A stretch of 62,333 nt of DNA, filler included, from Choristocarpus tenellus KU-1152 (GCA_964200185.2; 12 parts of 12 records of this genome joined end to end with filler, not necessarily neighbours in it), one strand, 5' to 3'. Numbered from the whole stretch's first letter, positions 1 to 13,042 are shown. The notes: generated by a model not told the origin, from the sequence alone. Numbers and translations: made by a program.

Positions 1-160
1 GGATCGGGAATGGGCCCAGGTCCGGGAATGGGACCTGGATCGGGAATGGGACCTGGATCGGGAATGGGCCCAGGTCCGGGAATGGGACCTGGACCGGGAA
101 TGGGACATGGACCGGGGATGGGACCTGGGCCAGGAATGGGGATGGGGATGGGGATGGGAC
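1..160 (+). repeat. 18-bp coding tandem repeat (GGACCTGGATCGGGAATG-like, encodes GPGxGM)
   Basis: About 7 visible units, followed by (GGGATG)n. Confidence 0.9.
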
Positions 161-190
161 CAGGGAGGGGTCCCCCTCAGTTTTTCCAAG
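1..190 (+). CDS. Internal exon (5' truncated) of a Gly/Pro/Met-rich low-complexity protein, gene A
   Basis: Open frame of (GPGxGM)n ending PPQFFQ-G with donor CAAG|GTAAGG (phase 1), which matches the phase of the exon at 1361. Confidence 0.8.
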
Positions 191-1360
191 GTAAGGATTA
201 GTTTTTTGTGTTCTACATAGTGAACATGCTTTGCCACAGAACACACTTTTGACTGTACAGGATATGCCTTGCTTGATATTGCAGCAACTGTGCTTATGAA
301 GATATACCCTTGGAAATGTTTGCTTAGGAGTCTTCTTGACCTACATTTGCAAAGGTATGAAACACAGGGGAGTTGTGTTGGAAGCTGGATTTATGCTTAT
401 GTATGCATTTAGTTAATTGATGTTTTGATACTTGAAGTACATCTTCGATTGATGTTTGATCCTGTCTTTTTGTAGTTTGATGGGCTGAGAATGCAGGTGT
501 TACTCATGACTTATTGATGGAAGTAGTCTGGTTGTTTTCCATTGGAAATCGTTGCTGTTTTTGCTTGATGATGCTTTTTGTGGTACCATTTAGTTTTAAC
601 TGAGCTACCAAGAAGGTAGTGGTTAGGGTTAGGGCTAGGGTTAGGTGTACTTGTGCATCCTGGTGGCATGCTAGCCTTTTGATGGATGTGTAACCATGAC
701 AGTGATTGAATTCAGCGTTTTTTGGTATAGCAACGCTTGGGCAAAATCGGCATCAAGTCTAACAGCTTACTAACCCCAGGGATTAGCTTTTGTTACTGAG
801 AGTCTTCTAAGTAGTTCAGTGACTTCCTGAAGTTTTAGCGCAGTATGCATGATGTATAGACTGGTGCAAGTTGTAGGCTAGAGTCAATCCCTATATTGTT
901 GCCTTCAAAACATATTTTAACCTTTCAAGTTACATTTCTTATTTTGGTGAAGATTTTTATATATATAGACTCGGTTGTTCTTAGTGCAACCATTAATAAG
1001 CGATTCTCCTAAGTATGTTGTTTGGGGGAGACAAAAAGGATCGCGCTCATCAAAACCTCTTTGCATTGGTAGAGCTTATGGACAAGCTGAGGTTGGATGA
1101 CCTTGTAGGGAGAGATGAGTTCTTTTTATCCAGTTACACTCTTTAGTTGATATCGTACATACCCTAACCCTCATTCTGCACACATCCCGAACTTTCCCCT
1201 ATATCAAGTGTGATTTTTTTGTGTATTCCAATTGATATATTTTGTGTTTTGTACTATTAGGGGGGGAAGGGCTTCAACACCTCGTGGAATGATATCACAC
1301 AAATCACTCTTTTCCACACTCCTTCCCTTGCAATTGAATCATGATATCGTATATGTGCAG

Positions 1361-1989
1361 GTGGGCCAGGCAATTGGGGTCCACCTCCGGCGTTCCAAGG
1401 AGGTGTAGGCGGTGGTGGGCCGCCAATGGGAGGATGGTGGGGGCCCAATGGCCCCCCTCCTCGCCCAAGTTGGCCCATGCAATCAAATAGCAATGATAGC
1501 AGCAGTGCTAATAACCCAAACACAAATAATGGAAACAATCAAGGCATGGGACAACAAGCAGGAATGGGGATGGGCTCTTTTGCTCCTGTTAACATGCCTC
1601 AGGGACCGTCTGGCCCACCTGGGCGAGATGTGCAGGGGCCTGGGGAAGGGGTGGGGGGAAGGGGCATGCAGGCCCAGGGGCGATGGGTAGCCCCTGACAC
1701 AGAAGATGGGCAGGGGCAGAACAAGACTGAAAAGAATGAGGACCGTACACAGATTCCTGATGACAGGCAACAGACAGAGGCAAAGGATACAGCTGGAGGT
1801 GATGATGGGCGGGGAGAGGAAGTTGGTTCTGCTCCTCTTCTGCCTCCACCTGGGCATATGGATATGGCTGAAGGAGTTCATCAGCCCATGACAGCTGCTC
1901 TTGTGGAAGATTCGGTGGACCCCCCAGCGCCGCCCATTGCAATGCTTGGAACGGCAGGTGGTGGGAGCAGCAGCATAATCTTGACCAAG
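1361..1989 (+). CDS. Internal exon of gene A
   Basis: Acceptor TGTGCAG|GT, open frame GGPGNWGPPP...SSSIILTK, donor AAG|GTGAGG (phase 0). Confidence 0.8.
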
Positions 1990-4265
1990 GTGAGGACTGA
2001 CTCTGATGTTGGAATACTATTGCTGTTGCTGCAGTCTGTACTTCTCTCCTATGCTATCTTTTGGCCATGTGTCTGAAGGCTTGTTGGACCAATTTGAAGA
2101 TAATTTGAATCATAGTGACCCGTAGATTGTTATAGAGATTTTTTGAAGAAGGCATTGTTATCTAGGCTTGCTACAGTAGGGATTGCCATGGTAATGAGTA
2201 TAGTAATTGGGCAGTTTTTATCATACTATGATTATAGCAGGATTGTGACCACAGTGATTGCTATGATACATGTACTGGGGAAATGCTAGAAATACTGTAC
2301 CCTACTATCTAAGAACAGGACATACCAAGGCATATTTGATCTAGTAAGTACTACATGTATTTCTCTGGAGTATATTTTGTATTATTTCTATGACAATGGA
2401 AATTTCATGATGTGCGCCCTCATAGGTCAGTTTCCAGGGAGGTTGTGTTGTGCATGAATTTTGTGGGTTTGAACCCTTTGACGCCAGATTTGTTTTCATA
2501 GAAATCAAGATTTGATCGTTCGAAGTCCACTCAGAAAGCTCTATGGATGGTACTCCTGTAGTCACTGTATCACAAAAACACCAGATCAAGTACAAGGTGA
2601 GAAGGGCTCAGTGCAAGATTTGAGGGCAGTGTGTAAAACCATGGAACCACGGTACCATCCCTACCATATGGTGGTTTTGATAAGAATTACTGCTACTGCA
2701 CCATACAGTTACGATTTGTCTAACACTAGACCCAAGTTGGTGGTCAGTGTGGTGGTATGATGCTATGCATTAACCCCAAAATTCCACATTGACCAACATT
2801 TTTTTTTTACACACGTAAATACGCATACGTTTGTTTTACATGCACCATAAACAGTTTCTTTTGGTCATTGTATTGCCGACTACTCCCAAACAACATTTGT
2901 AACACTGGTGTCCTCTGCTTTTGTGCACTTGTGATTTCCCCAAGGGCGTCTGTGGTGATGCAGTCCTTTTTGCTCTGGATAGTGGTCTGTTTTGTTGTGG
3001 CAGGAAGTTTGGGATTCGGTGACGTGCTTATTTTTTTGGACAATTCGTTTGTTCGTGTACTTGTAATTGTGTTCTAGATTATTTGTATGAAGTCCTAAGA
3101 TGCACAATGATCATAGTGTAGCTTATGACACCTGAAGGTCTAGGGGATGAGGCTTGACAGCTACTCGTTTTTGTGGGATGTGCAGTTGTTTGTTCGATGA
3201 CGGTAGGATGCATGAGGAGTTAGTGACAAATTTATTTTTCATTCCCAAATGCTTGACAATCAATCATTGAACTCTCTGCAATCTTCCTGCTGGCATTCAA
3301 CTTGAATTTTAGAGGTTGGGCTGCAAAGAAAAACTAGGAAGTATTGTGAAATGTTGCAGTTGGAATACTGCAATTCAGAGATCAAAGAGTACTTGGGTAC
3401 AAAATCATGGAGTTGAGTTGAATTGTTGTTACCTTGTGCATGTGTCCTACGTACCATGTGAATAATGTCCGTACAACACTTGATACCTTTCTGTGCTTTG
3501 TATGCATGAGTTCAATTGCCGTGAAGTATGTAAGAATGGTTCAGCTGATTATATTTATATATATATATTACTGATTTTCCTTTTGATTCACCACACCGGA
3601 GTACTGTGTGTATTGGAGGACCAGTACGTTGGCAACCTGCTCGCCCTTGTACTGTGATATGTGGTATTGGTACCAGTATCAATATCGGTGTGAAGTACTT
3701 GAGAGTGTCCTGTTGGTGAGAGAAGTGCAATTGAGCAATTAATGCGTAGGTGCTGCATTGAAGGCATCTCCAAACACCTTGCCTAGTACCTTCACAGCTC
3801 ATAGAGTCAAGGCACAGTACTATGTTGTGATAGTTGAGCTTCTAGTTCTCATCACACAGACTCTCTCTGCAAGCCCTTAGGTTTATCGTGAGATTGCCCA
3901 AGGAAACACGGTGAGCTCAGGGTACTTACTTACCAAGTACCACTGTGAACAACTTGAACATGGCACTAGATACATCTTAACCGATTGCCTATGTGGAGGC
4001 ATGGATTTCAACAACAGCAAAAGATAGTTAGCATATAAAGTTGCCTGTGATATTGTGCTGCTATTTCCAGAGTACTCCAGAGTATTGCGACTTGCATGTA
4101 ATGCCAGATTGATTGCCCCTGTTATTCATTTCCTGTGATGCACCCACCCCTCATGAAAACACACTTGCTGTCAGGTTACCATACACAATGAATTTTTAAG
4201 AAATTTGAACTCCCGGAGACCCACTGCCTGCCATTGCACTTCCTATTTTGTGCTTGACGTTATAG

Positions 4266-4403
4266 ATCACAGATGACAACTGGTCTGATGGATCCCTTGA
4301 GCCTGAAGAGAACGATGATGATGACGAGTCACAGTTTGACCAGGGTCAGCTTGACCAAGAACAAGGACAAGACTCATCAGCCACAAAGCGGCAAAAGACA
4401 TGA
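4266..4403 (+). CDS. Terminal exon of gene A (acidic tail, basic KRQKT end)
   Basis: Acceptor TTATAG|ATC in phase 0; reads ITDDNWSDGSLEPEENDDDDESQ...SATKRQKT*. Not in the ORF track. Confidence 0.7.
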   Translation: MTDDNWSDGSLEPEENDDDDESQFDQGQLDQEQGQDSSATKRQKT

Positions 4404-7284
4404 CTAGCCAGGCATTATCAAGGCTGGACAATGGATGGAAACCTGGACACAGAAACAAACCTTGGATAGAGCCAGGCTTGCCTTTGGTGAAGATCCTTGA
4501 GAGTTAGGATTGTGAAGTGGCGGTGAAAGGCAAAAATATGATACGAGGGGGAGATGGTGAACTGCAAGTTGCTAGAGCCAGCCAAAGACTATTGAGTGCT
4601 TACTTGACTCTCTTGTGTTGCAAGATGAGTGTTGTGGTGCCCAGCTTTTCTCAAGAAGCCACATGGTGTGTGTTGAGAGGTGTGTGAATGTGTTGGTGTG
4701 TGAGTGGGTGTGTCTAAACTGGGATATCACTGCAGTGTACTTGATCCTAAGGGAGATCTATCATTATGAGGACTGTTTTCAGTTGGGGGTAGGTTGTGCC
4801 GTGGCTGAGTGTCAGGCATTTTTTTGCCCCTGAGCATATTTTCTCTCTAAATCCCTGTTTGAGACTCTATATTGCAGGTCAACTTTTATTAGTGTAAAAT
4901 GTATCACATTCGTAAAGGTCAACTAGAAGGGGTGGATGGGCATTGGGTGGGAGCAAACCGTTGGAACTTAATGTGCATGATTCACATGGAATGTTTATTT
5001 GGGTTAGGGTTAGGGTAGTGGGGACAATCCTGAAGTGTTTCCCTTATCCATTTACGGTGGACACAATCTCTTGAGTACTTCTAGAGATGGCAGGGTGAGG
5101 CTAGTGGAGAGGTCTAGACACAACTCCTGGAAGGGCGATACATATATGTTACCTTTCGTGATGCCTTGAAGGCAGGGTAGGAGTATTCTTTGCAAGATCA
5201 TGTTCAGGTTGTAGATGAGGAGAATGATGACCCTAATCGTCTCCCCTTTAACTAGTCAGCTGTGATGTGGAGGGATCGTAAGGTGTGATAGGGTTAGGGT
5301 TAGCACTTAAATGTGTGACACACCTATGCGAACTAGTTCTGTCACAACAGCAGTTTGGCAAGATACATGGAGGACTTGGGAATGTGGGGTGAGGAGTTCA
5401 TTCCTTCTAGGCAGGTTCGGTGGATGTGCCTTGTGACCAAGATGTTTTCATGCTTCCCCTTATATAATCCTCGTCCTTCAACTCACGAAGGTATTAACAT
5501 ATATGTGTTTGGATTAAGTTTGTGTAAGCCTTTTTTTGAGGGCTACCAACAGGGGTGAGGTGCTGCTGCGGTTGCTCTTGCTTGTTCTATATTTCAGAGT
5601 AGTGAATGAATGTACTGCAATCATCAACAGCCTTGTGGTATTGCCTTTTCTGTGTGCATGATGTGGGGGAGTTATTTTTTGTTGGTGGTATAGTATTCAC
5701 TTTGCTTAAGCTTTATCATCAGTGGCACACCCTAACCCTTTTCCTACATCTTGTCTTGTGGTATGATGGCTCATGGCATGGTTCTCTGTGCAAAGAGTGT
5801 AAGGAGTTTCGATGTGCTTGGTGATTGTCAAAGAACTGGTGCATTATTTTTTAAAACAACCACTGTTGTAGTGCCAAGAAACTCATGTGCATATTGTATT
5901 TTGCTTTTAAACAGGTACAGAGTGTGTTAATCTCTTTGGGTATACACTGTAGAACGTGTATTCAACCCATGATGATTGCATCAAGTTGATCCACTTAGCT
6001 CAGGTTAGGAAAGATGATTGCCTGTTCTAGGTGCCATTGCCTGAGCAAGCAGTCCTACCTTTAAAGGTTCTACAGTGACACATTGGATCAAACTCTCCAG
6101 GAAGGTGTCCTGTGTAAGAGAAGGTTTGATGCAGCTCTTGTCTTGGCAAGTCATACTGATACATCTCAAGCTAGGAGTAGAGAAGTGTGTTGTTGTCACC
6201 GCCCCCTCCCCCTCCCTTAACCAAGCAAGTATAGTAACTCCTTGTTTGATGTATCCGCAGTGGGACACAGATGTGACAGGTTGGTTTAGCAGTTCCCCAA
6301 GAAGCACCTTAGAGACTTTAGTGTTTGTGAGGAATGGTTACACTTCCATAGTTGTGGGAGGGTAGGAACAGCAGTAAATGGATTCGACTTTATGTTTAGG
6401 GGGATGCAGTGCTCCAATACAATCTATTTTATTAGTAGTGGAAGTCACCCAAGATGTATCCGAGATGAAGGACACTAACCTATTGGTGTGATGGAATTAT
6501 TTGCATTTTTGTTGTAGTTCCTCTTTTTTGTTTTTCGTTTTCTAGTTGTTGTGGAAGACTTCATGTGTCAATAGGGGGGGGATATGGTTTGTTACAGCCC
6601 ATTGAACAGAAGGCACATGTAATAACAAGTTGCCTACTTGTAATTTAGGTGGATAATGCTGTTTGAGGTTCATGTTCCCTGGTCACACACTGGTTTATTT
6701 GTACCTTGAGACTTGGAAGAGGATTGTGCCAATTGGAAAAGCTGTTTTGTCCTCAATTATGGATGGACATTGACTCGCGTAGAATTAGGTGATGCATTTT
6801 GCATTTGGTTGGGATTTTTTTGTTGATGTGTGAGCATGTATTTGTGTTAGCCTTAATCTTTAGAGTTCACCTATCACACCAGTAAACCGAAGTGATTCTA
6901 CTATCATTATTATAATTATTTTGTAAGGAGAGAGGATAGGGTTTGTTTCAAAATTAGGTTATTTAGTTGTTGAAAATTCTGGTATTAGGGTTAGCTCTTC
7001 TACAGGATTTATAAACTGTGCTGTTTGTTGCAGGTAGCATTCCTTGGATCAAATATTTGGTTCTTCTTGTGTGACCAACACCTACAAGCCCCCTGGAGCT
7101 ACGGGCATTCAATGAGCCAACTAAGGTCAGGGCTATAGATATTAACGTGGGCAACTAGGTGACCCCCAAAGCTCAATCAAGACCTGAACAGTCCACTCAT
7201 ACGTGTGCATTCAGATAACAGAGGACCAAGTGCACACAGGTCATAGCCTCAGCCTGTCTGAGGGGTGGTGGTGGATCTTGCACT

Positions 7285-7384
7285 NNNNNNNNNNNNNNNN
7301 NNNNNNNNNNNNNNNNNNNNNNNNNNNNTTAATTAATTAANNNNNNNNNNNNNNNNNNNNNNNNNNNNNNNNNNNNNNNNNNNN
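7285..7384. other. Artificial contig-joining spacer
   Basis: N44-TTAATTAATTAA-N44; the core has stops in all six frames. Confidence 0.97.
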
Positions 7385-7429
7385 CGCCCGAACTTGACCT
7401 CCCCTCCCACCCTCAGATCCAAGTCGGTC

Positions 7430-7740
7430 TTGAGCAAGCAACAGGGCGGGTGGGTGGGAAAGCTTGCTCGGGGGTCCTCTTGATCTAGCCCTCCTCGTCT
7501 TGCCCCCCCCCAGCCTCAGGTTTCCTCATTCGATTCAATACTGTTACATTCCTTCTCCCCTTGTGCCTCCGTCTGCCGCCTATTTTCTTAACTATACACG
7601 TATTCACTCGATCTTGAACTCTTTCTTCCCTCCTTGATACTTTTATTTTTTTTACTGTCCCCTTCCTTGCCTTGTGTGCCCCCCCAACCAACCAGAATTC
7701 TTCCGCCCACAAAACTCAGATTACTTCATAAACTTTCACT
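7430..7740 (+). repeat. Dispersed repeat family E, copy 1
   Basis: 7688-7734 is identical (47 bp) to 46231-46277; the upstream AAGCTTGCTCGG block is also shared. Confidence 0.75.
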
Positions 7741-8054
7741 TTTTTTTTTCCAATAGAATTCTACATATTCGGTGTGAAGCTTGGTTGGCGATGTATATAT
7801 CTATGTATTTCCTGCAAAGTAACTTTTTTTTTGTCTTTTTATTTATTGGTCACGAGAAACGTACGGGTATACGCCATCGCCATCCTGCTCCTCTACAGAC
7901 CTTGGACACCTTGGGTGGTGAAAACTGGAATTTTCCTATGTTGTTTTGGCGTCCTTGACCCTACCCCCCCCCTCCCCCGTCCAAGGGGTCCTGTCTTCAA
8001 TTCAACACTGCGCAATAATAGGAACTGACTCTTTGAGGGTGTTTTGTGATGCAG

Positions 8055-8170
8055 GTGCCCCACGGCGTACACCTTCCCGTATGACGACCAAACATCAACC
8101 TTTCACTGCACTGATATCGATCCTTCCCTGAGTGCTGAGGAGAAGGCATCGGCGAGGAATACTCAGAGCT
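8055..8170 (+). CDS. Thaumatin-like (PR-5) protein, penultimate exon
   Basis: Acceptor GATGCAG|G; reads CPTAYTFPYDDQTSTFHC, matching the thaumatin C-terminal consensus CPxAYSYxxDDxTSTFTC; donor T|GTGAGT. Confidence 0.88.
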
Positions 8171-8563
8171 GTGAGTGAATTAATTCCATCTGTAAGGGTG
8201 TGATTTTGTTACCTCAACTGATCATCAGTGGGTAAGGGGGGGGAGTTTTATTTAACCCTGTATTATCCTCGAAACTGGGGGAATGAGAGGATCCACTATA
8301 CCCGGATTCTTCTTCTCCTTACAGGTTTTGTGTTGAAAGAGAGGCTGGGAGGGGGAGGGGGGAGGGGGCTCATCTCATGCATTGGAGTGAGAAGTTGTTG
8401 CAATGTAGAGTTTTTATGGCCCTTGTGTACTAAACTACAACTACCGCCTGCCTCATTGTGTATGTATGCATTTTCCACAGCGACTCTTTACTTTCCTGAC
8501 CTCTCCCCCCCCCCCATCTTCCATTTTGCTCTTGGAACACTCACGCTCTCGGCTTGATTTCAG

Positions 8564-8613
8564 ACACCATCACGTTCTGCCCTGGCGATTCCGAGGCGAA
8601 CATGTTTGAGTAG
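8564..8613 (+). CDS. Thaumatin-like (PR-5) protein, last exon
   Basis: Acceptor ATTTCAG|AC completes a TAC codon; reads YTITFCPGDSEANMFE*, the canonical YxITFCP ending. Confidence 0.88.
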
Positions 8614-10296
8614 CTGTAGGAGACCTGGCACCGTCCCATCTGGTTTGCAGCTCACTGGGTGCAGTGTAGACGGGGGAGCTCTTGTCATTCCATTTGGACC
8701 GTGTTGAAGAGGGGGGGGGTGTACGACTGTGTGTGGTGTACACATCTCGTTCATGTGCCTGTTGTTCCTTACTCTTTTGTATAATGAGAGAGGCGTGTGT
8801 GCGAGTCTGTTCCGTGTTTGTGTGTCCTGCTGCAACAACTTTAAATGTTCCAGCTAGCATGCTGCTTGTGCTGATACTAGGAAAGGGAGAGAGAGGGTGC
8901 GATTGGACTCTGCTTGATGCACCTACCTGGCCGCAGTATTTTAGTATATGATGGCGATGAAGGGGTTAGGGTTAGGGTTATTGTAAAGTGTGGAATTTTT
9001 TATTGTAGGTACTAATGACCCTTCTCTCGGAAGGTCCTCCCTCCACTGGAATCATGGTACTAATGATTCTATCAAATTCGTTTGTTGGGATGTATCTTTT
9101 TCAGTACACGATATATCGCCCTCTGGATGAAGGTGCTGAGAACGGCCCGGGAACGCTTCTCCCCCCATTTCTCCAAGAAATGGTGTGTGACGTCAGGCGT
9201 CTGTGCTGTGAAATGAAAAGGAGGCAAAAGTAAAAAAAAAAAGTTCTTGTCTGTATGTTGCCGTTCTGGGTTGGGTGACATCAAACGGCTCAGGATGCAG
9301 CATTACAGAAGTTGTGACATAGAGGGGATCGATTCGGACGTGTTATAAGCGCGTCTTGATAAAAGGATTGAGCTTTTTTTATTCCGGAAGAGATAGAAAA
9401 AAAAGAAGATACGGTACCCCTCGTGGAACTGTATTCCATAGCATGCACATACCACAGGTACACATGGACGCTGGGATCGGGTTGTTGTTGAGGGGTTTCA
9501 GATTCAGAGTCTTACATTCTATTTTGTTCTCTTTGTTTTTGTTATTGTTATTCTGACAGAGTGGGGTACGGTACCCACCTGCCCCCCCTCCTCCCCCTTT
9601 TTCAGGGCAGTGCGTTGACTGTTTGTCGTCTGTGGGGACTTATTCGATTGATTGTTAGCTTAGCGTTTGTTGTGGGAGGCCAGTTATGCTTTAATTTTTT
9701 TTTTTTCTCGACTCTTGAATGAAATTCACCGGCTACTTTTTTTTTCTTGTGAGATGATGGTGCTTTCCACGAGTGTGTATTGTTTGTATGTTTAGCAGTT
9801 GTGAATATGTCCTCATGCGTATTTTTTTTGTTGTTGTTGCAGTGCCGTGTATTCCTTCTTGTGAATTTTTCTTTTTAAATTTCTAGACCGCATTGCTCCT
9901 TGACTGCCGATATCTCTCTCTCTCTGTGTCTTTAGTATGTCTGAGTTAGTGTAGTTGATGCCTTCCTGGAGACGACCTTAGAGAAGAGAAAGGAGGCGTT
10001 TCCGGGGCAAAAGGGGAAAGTATTGAGACCAGTATGTAGATGCATTTGAGGTTCAGCAATTAACCGAGCTCTTACCAAGTATGTTAATAGCTTGAGGACA
10101 CTCTCTGAGGCTGGCAACAAGTGATTGCGGTTTGGGTGGCAGATGGGTTGATCAAGTCTGCACTCAGGTTGCAATTATGGTGAAATCCAACGATGTACCT
10201 TTGGGATGTGAAGGGGGGGGGGGGTGCAGGGGGTCCTTAGTATTTAGATAAGTTAATGAATTATATTGTTTTCTTGAGTGCTTTTTTGGGGGGGGG

Positions 10297-10396
10297 NNNN
10301 NNNNNNNNNNNNNNNNNNNNNNNNNNNNNNNNNNNNNNNNTTAATTAATTAANNNNNNNNNNNNNNNNNNNNNNNNNNNNNNNNNNNNNNNNNNNN
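10297..10396. other. Artificial contig-joining spacer
   Basis: N44-TTAATTAATTAA-N44. Confidence 0.97.
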
Positions 10397-11542
10397 ATAT
10401 GACATACGGCAATAACGGTATAATAACAGACAAACATGCTTTCCACAACTGTAACGGTACTAACAAATCAATCCACCATGACATATTGTCAAAAACCAAA
10501 CTGCAACCAACACTTGTCTCCTCTTCTACAGTCACAGCCTCCTGATTTGGACATTGGAATGGGGGAGTGAGGGAGAAGATTTCAATTATGACCTTGCAAT
10601 CACAAGGGTCTAAGTTGACCCCCCATTACGATACCTACCTCGAAAGACTACGTGATGTAATTCTTTCCAAATTATTACCATCATTTTTTCGTTAGAATAT
10701 TCTGCGGACCATCCCAAACCATGGTCAAAGACAATTCACACTGGATTACTTCTCACACCAATTATTTGAATACAACTTAAAGTTAAACATCTGTTCCTAT
10801 TTCCACTAATTCCATTAATTCTACAATGTTAAAAAAATAGCTATATATATATGACGCGGTTGCAGAAGATATATACAGTGATTTGCATAAAGAAGATTCC
10901 TATCAATCTGTTTTAGAATCCATGAAGGTTCCTATTAATGAATGGCCCCCTATAGAATTAAATACCGATATAAAAAAGATTGTAGATAAATCTTTAGTGA
11001 AAAAATTTAGAAAAAAGCACAACGTTGCGGTTCAACCATTCCGCCCACAATACAATATTGTATATAATATCTAGTTAATAATATAATGTGTGGTTCCTAC
11101 TATCCTTTTTTAAAAGAGTTTTGGTACTGATGGGGTTGAAATCCATCGATTTAATGGAGGAATTAGGTCTTTTAAACCACTGAGCAATCAGGATTCTCGT
11201 GTTTTTTGAAGTGAAAGGTCACAATAAAACACAAACATACCGAACGAACCAAGTTCCATCTAGGTTTGTTATTTACTACATACTACTAGTAGTGTAGACC
11301 AATGACAGACCTGACTTCTTGATCTTGAAGAACAAACAAGAATTTCCCTGAATTGTGGGATTGGTTGTCAACCCCCCCTTCAACTCCGATAATAAATTTG
11401 TCACATATAGGGGAGAAGAGACGCCAACTGTTCGGTCCACTTCTTTGAGGTGGTTGGATGCAGGTTATCGGACGTATCATATCGCAACCGTGCCTGCTAG
11501 GTTTTCTGGGTCAGTTCACAATCAAGATCCCCCCAAGTGGCC

Positions 11543-11668
11543 ATGGCAGCTTTGGAAAGGCGCAAAATGGACGTTGACGTGCACATGGACAAGAGGGGGA
11601 AGGGAGTTGGTCTAGATTTCGAGGAGGAGGCGAAGAAGCGCAATATGTGTTTGATAGACTGTAGAGAG
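11543..11668 (+). CDS. Probable first exon of unknown gene B
   Basis: GCCATGG start, MAALERRKMDVD...LIDCRE, donor GAG|GTGAGC (phase 0); CCAAT/ATTGG motifs about 190-250 bp upstream. Confidence 0.6.
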
Positions 11669-12307
11669 GTGAGCATTGGCAGACGGATATATGTGTACGA
11701 TGGCAACACTGAAAGTTTCCCACTTTCATCTATCTTTCAACCCACTGTAATCTCTGGATACATATTTTGATCTTGGCCTTTATGTTTGCCTTGTGCGAAA
11801 ATGGACTTTACCGCGCAATATCTGGGAATCATGGATATGAATCCTTCCATAACGAGGGCATTTGCCAGAAACGAGGACATAGTTTGTCCCAACTTGGTGC
11901 CCGCTCTTCTGCAATTTGGTGCCAATCTTGCTGCCCCAAATTATGCTAGCTACCTTAGTCTTTTTCACAGATTTCAAACTACATTTGGTCTGATTTGGTG
12001 CTGATGATGCTTCCACATCACTCGGCAACATAATTCTGCTCCCATTTCATCGGTAACCTGAATGATAAGGTCATTTACATACAATCTCACCCACACCCAC
12101 AGACCAAACCTGCGTATCATCGCAGAGCTCGCCCCTTCTCTGGTGTTCATCCCTTTTTTGCAGAGTACAGGCTTTGCAATATCTCTCATCAATTGCTGTT
12201 TCGAAATTACTCTGCCTTCGTCAAGACTTGAATTTCCGCTGAGAATCTCAGTCCCCCTTCCTCTTCCTATTCCCTTGTACTTCCCTGTGTCTATTGTACC
12301 GATACAG

Positions 12308-12481
12308 GAGGACAATGGATGCGTGTCGCTACAGCTCGATGTGGGTCAGAATCGACAGTTCACTCTCAAAGGGATTCCTGGGGCGGGTCCATTCGAGGTT
12401 TCAACAGATGACGCTTTCCTGCGAGATGGACTTTTCATTGAGAACCTGGAGGAAATTCAGTCCCAGGCGAAACGCATAGAG
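12308..12481 (+). CDS. Exon 2 of unknown gene B
   Basis: Pyrimidine tract then TACAG|GAG; EDNGCVSLQLDVGQNRQF...QAKRIE; donor GAG|GTGGGA; phase 0 at both ends. Confidence 0.65.
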
Positions 12482-12918
12482 GTGGGATCATGTAATGTCC
12501 GCTAGAAGGTTCTCCACACTTAATCTGTCTATTTTGGATCTAACATGCTTTCCTCACCACCCCCTCTTTCGTTTTCTTGCCTTGGTTATTGTTGTGGTCT
12601 TCCATGTTAAAGGTATATGACACAACTACATGCGCATCTTTTTTTTTCTGCCCATTGTGAGAAAACAAACAATTATTCATGCCACAGTACTTGTTGAGAC
12701 CTTGTTGTGCCTAGGCGATATCTCCTTTATGGCTGACCAAGGGTCGTTTTCTCCCCCTTGACGAATCTCTCCACAAGAAAGCAGTTGGAGTTGACTTGGG
12801 GAATTTATATTGTTATATTATATATATTATGAATTGTTCTAAGCCTCATCTTTTGTCTGGTAGAGTTGGCATCTGCCGTGGGCCACACTTTTGTCCAAGT
12901 GACAGATCGAACCTAAAG

Positions 12919-13042
12919 GCTTCTTCAGTTGTGCCTTCATGTGCCTTAAAGACCCTATCGACCACTCTGTATAAATCAGAACATGTTGTCGCGAGTGCTA
13001 TCGTGTCGTGTTTGGATCAGATCACGGAGTGTAGAGCATCAG
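12919..13042 (+). CDS. Possible exon 3 of gene B (GC donor)
   Basis: TAAAG|GCT in phase 0; ASSVVPSCALK...ECRAS; ends at CAG|GCAAGT. Confidence 0.45.

Noticed and set aside
2501-2596. Extra exon of gene A (AG...GT bounded, RKLYGWYSCSHC)
   Set aside because: Its open frame is out of phase with the flanking phase-0 exons, which join directly.
7329-7340. TTAATTAATTAA as a biological motif or piggyBac TTAA site
   Set aside because: It is always centred in exactly 88 Ns, so it is a pipeline linker.
10397-11280. Endogenous giant-virus fragment (AT-rich short ORF at 10883)
   Set aside because: No recognisable viral hallmark gene, and the ORF is only 63 aa.
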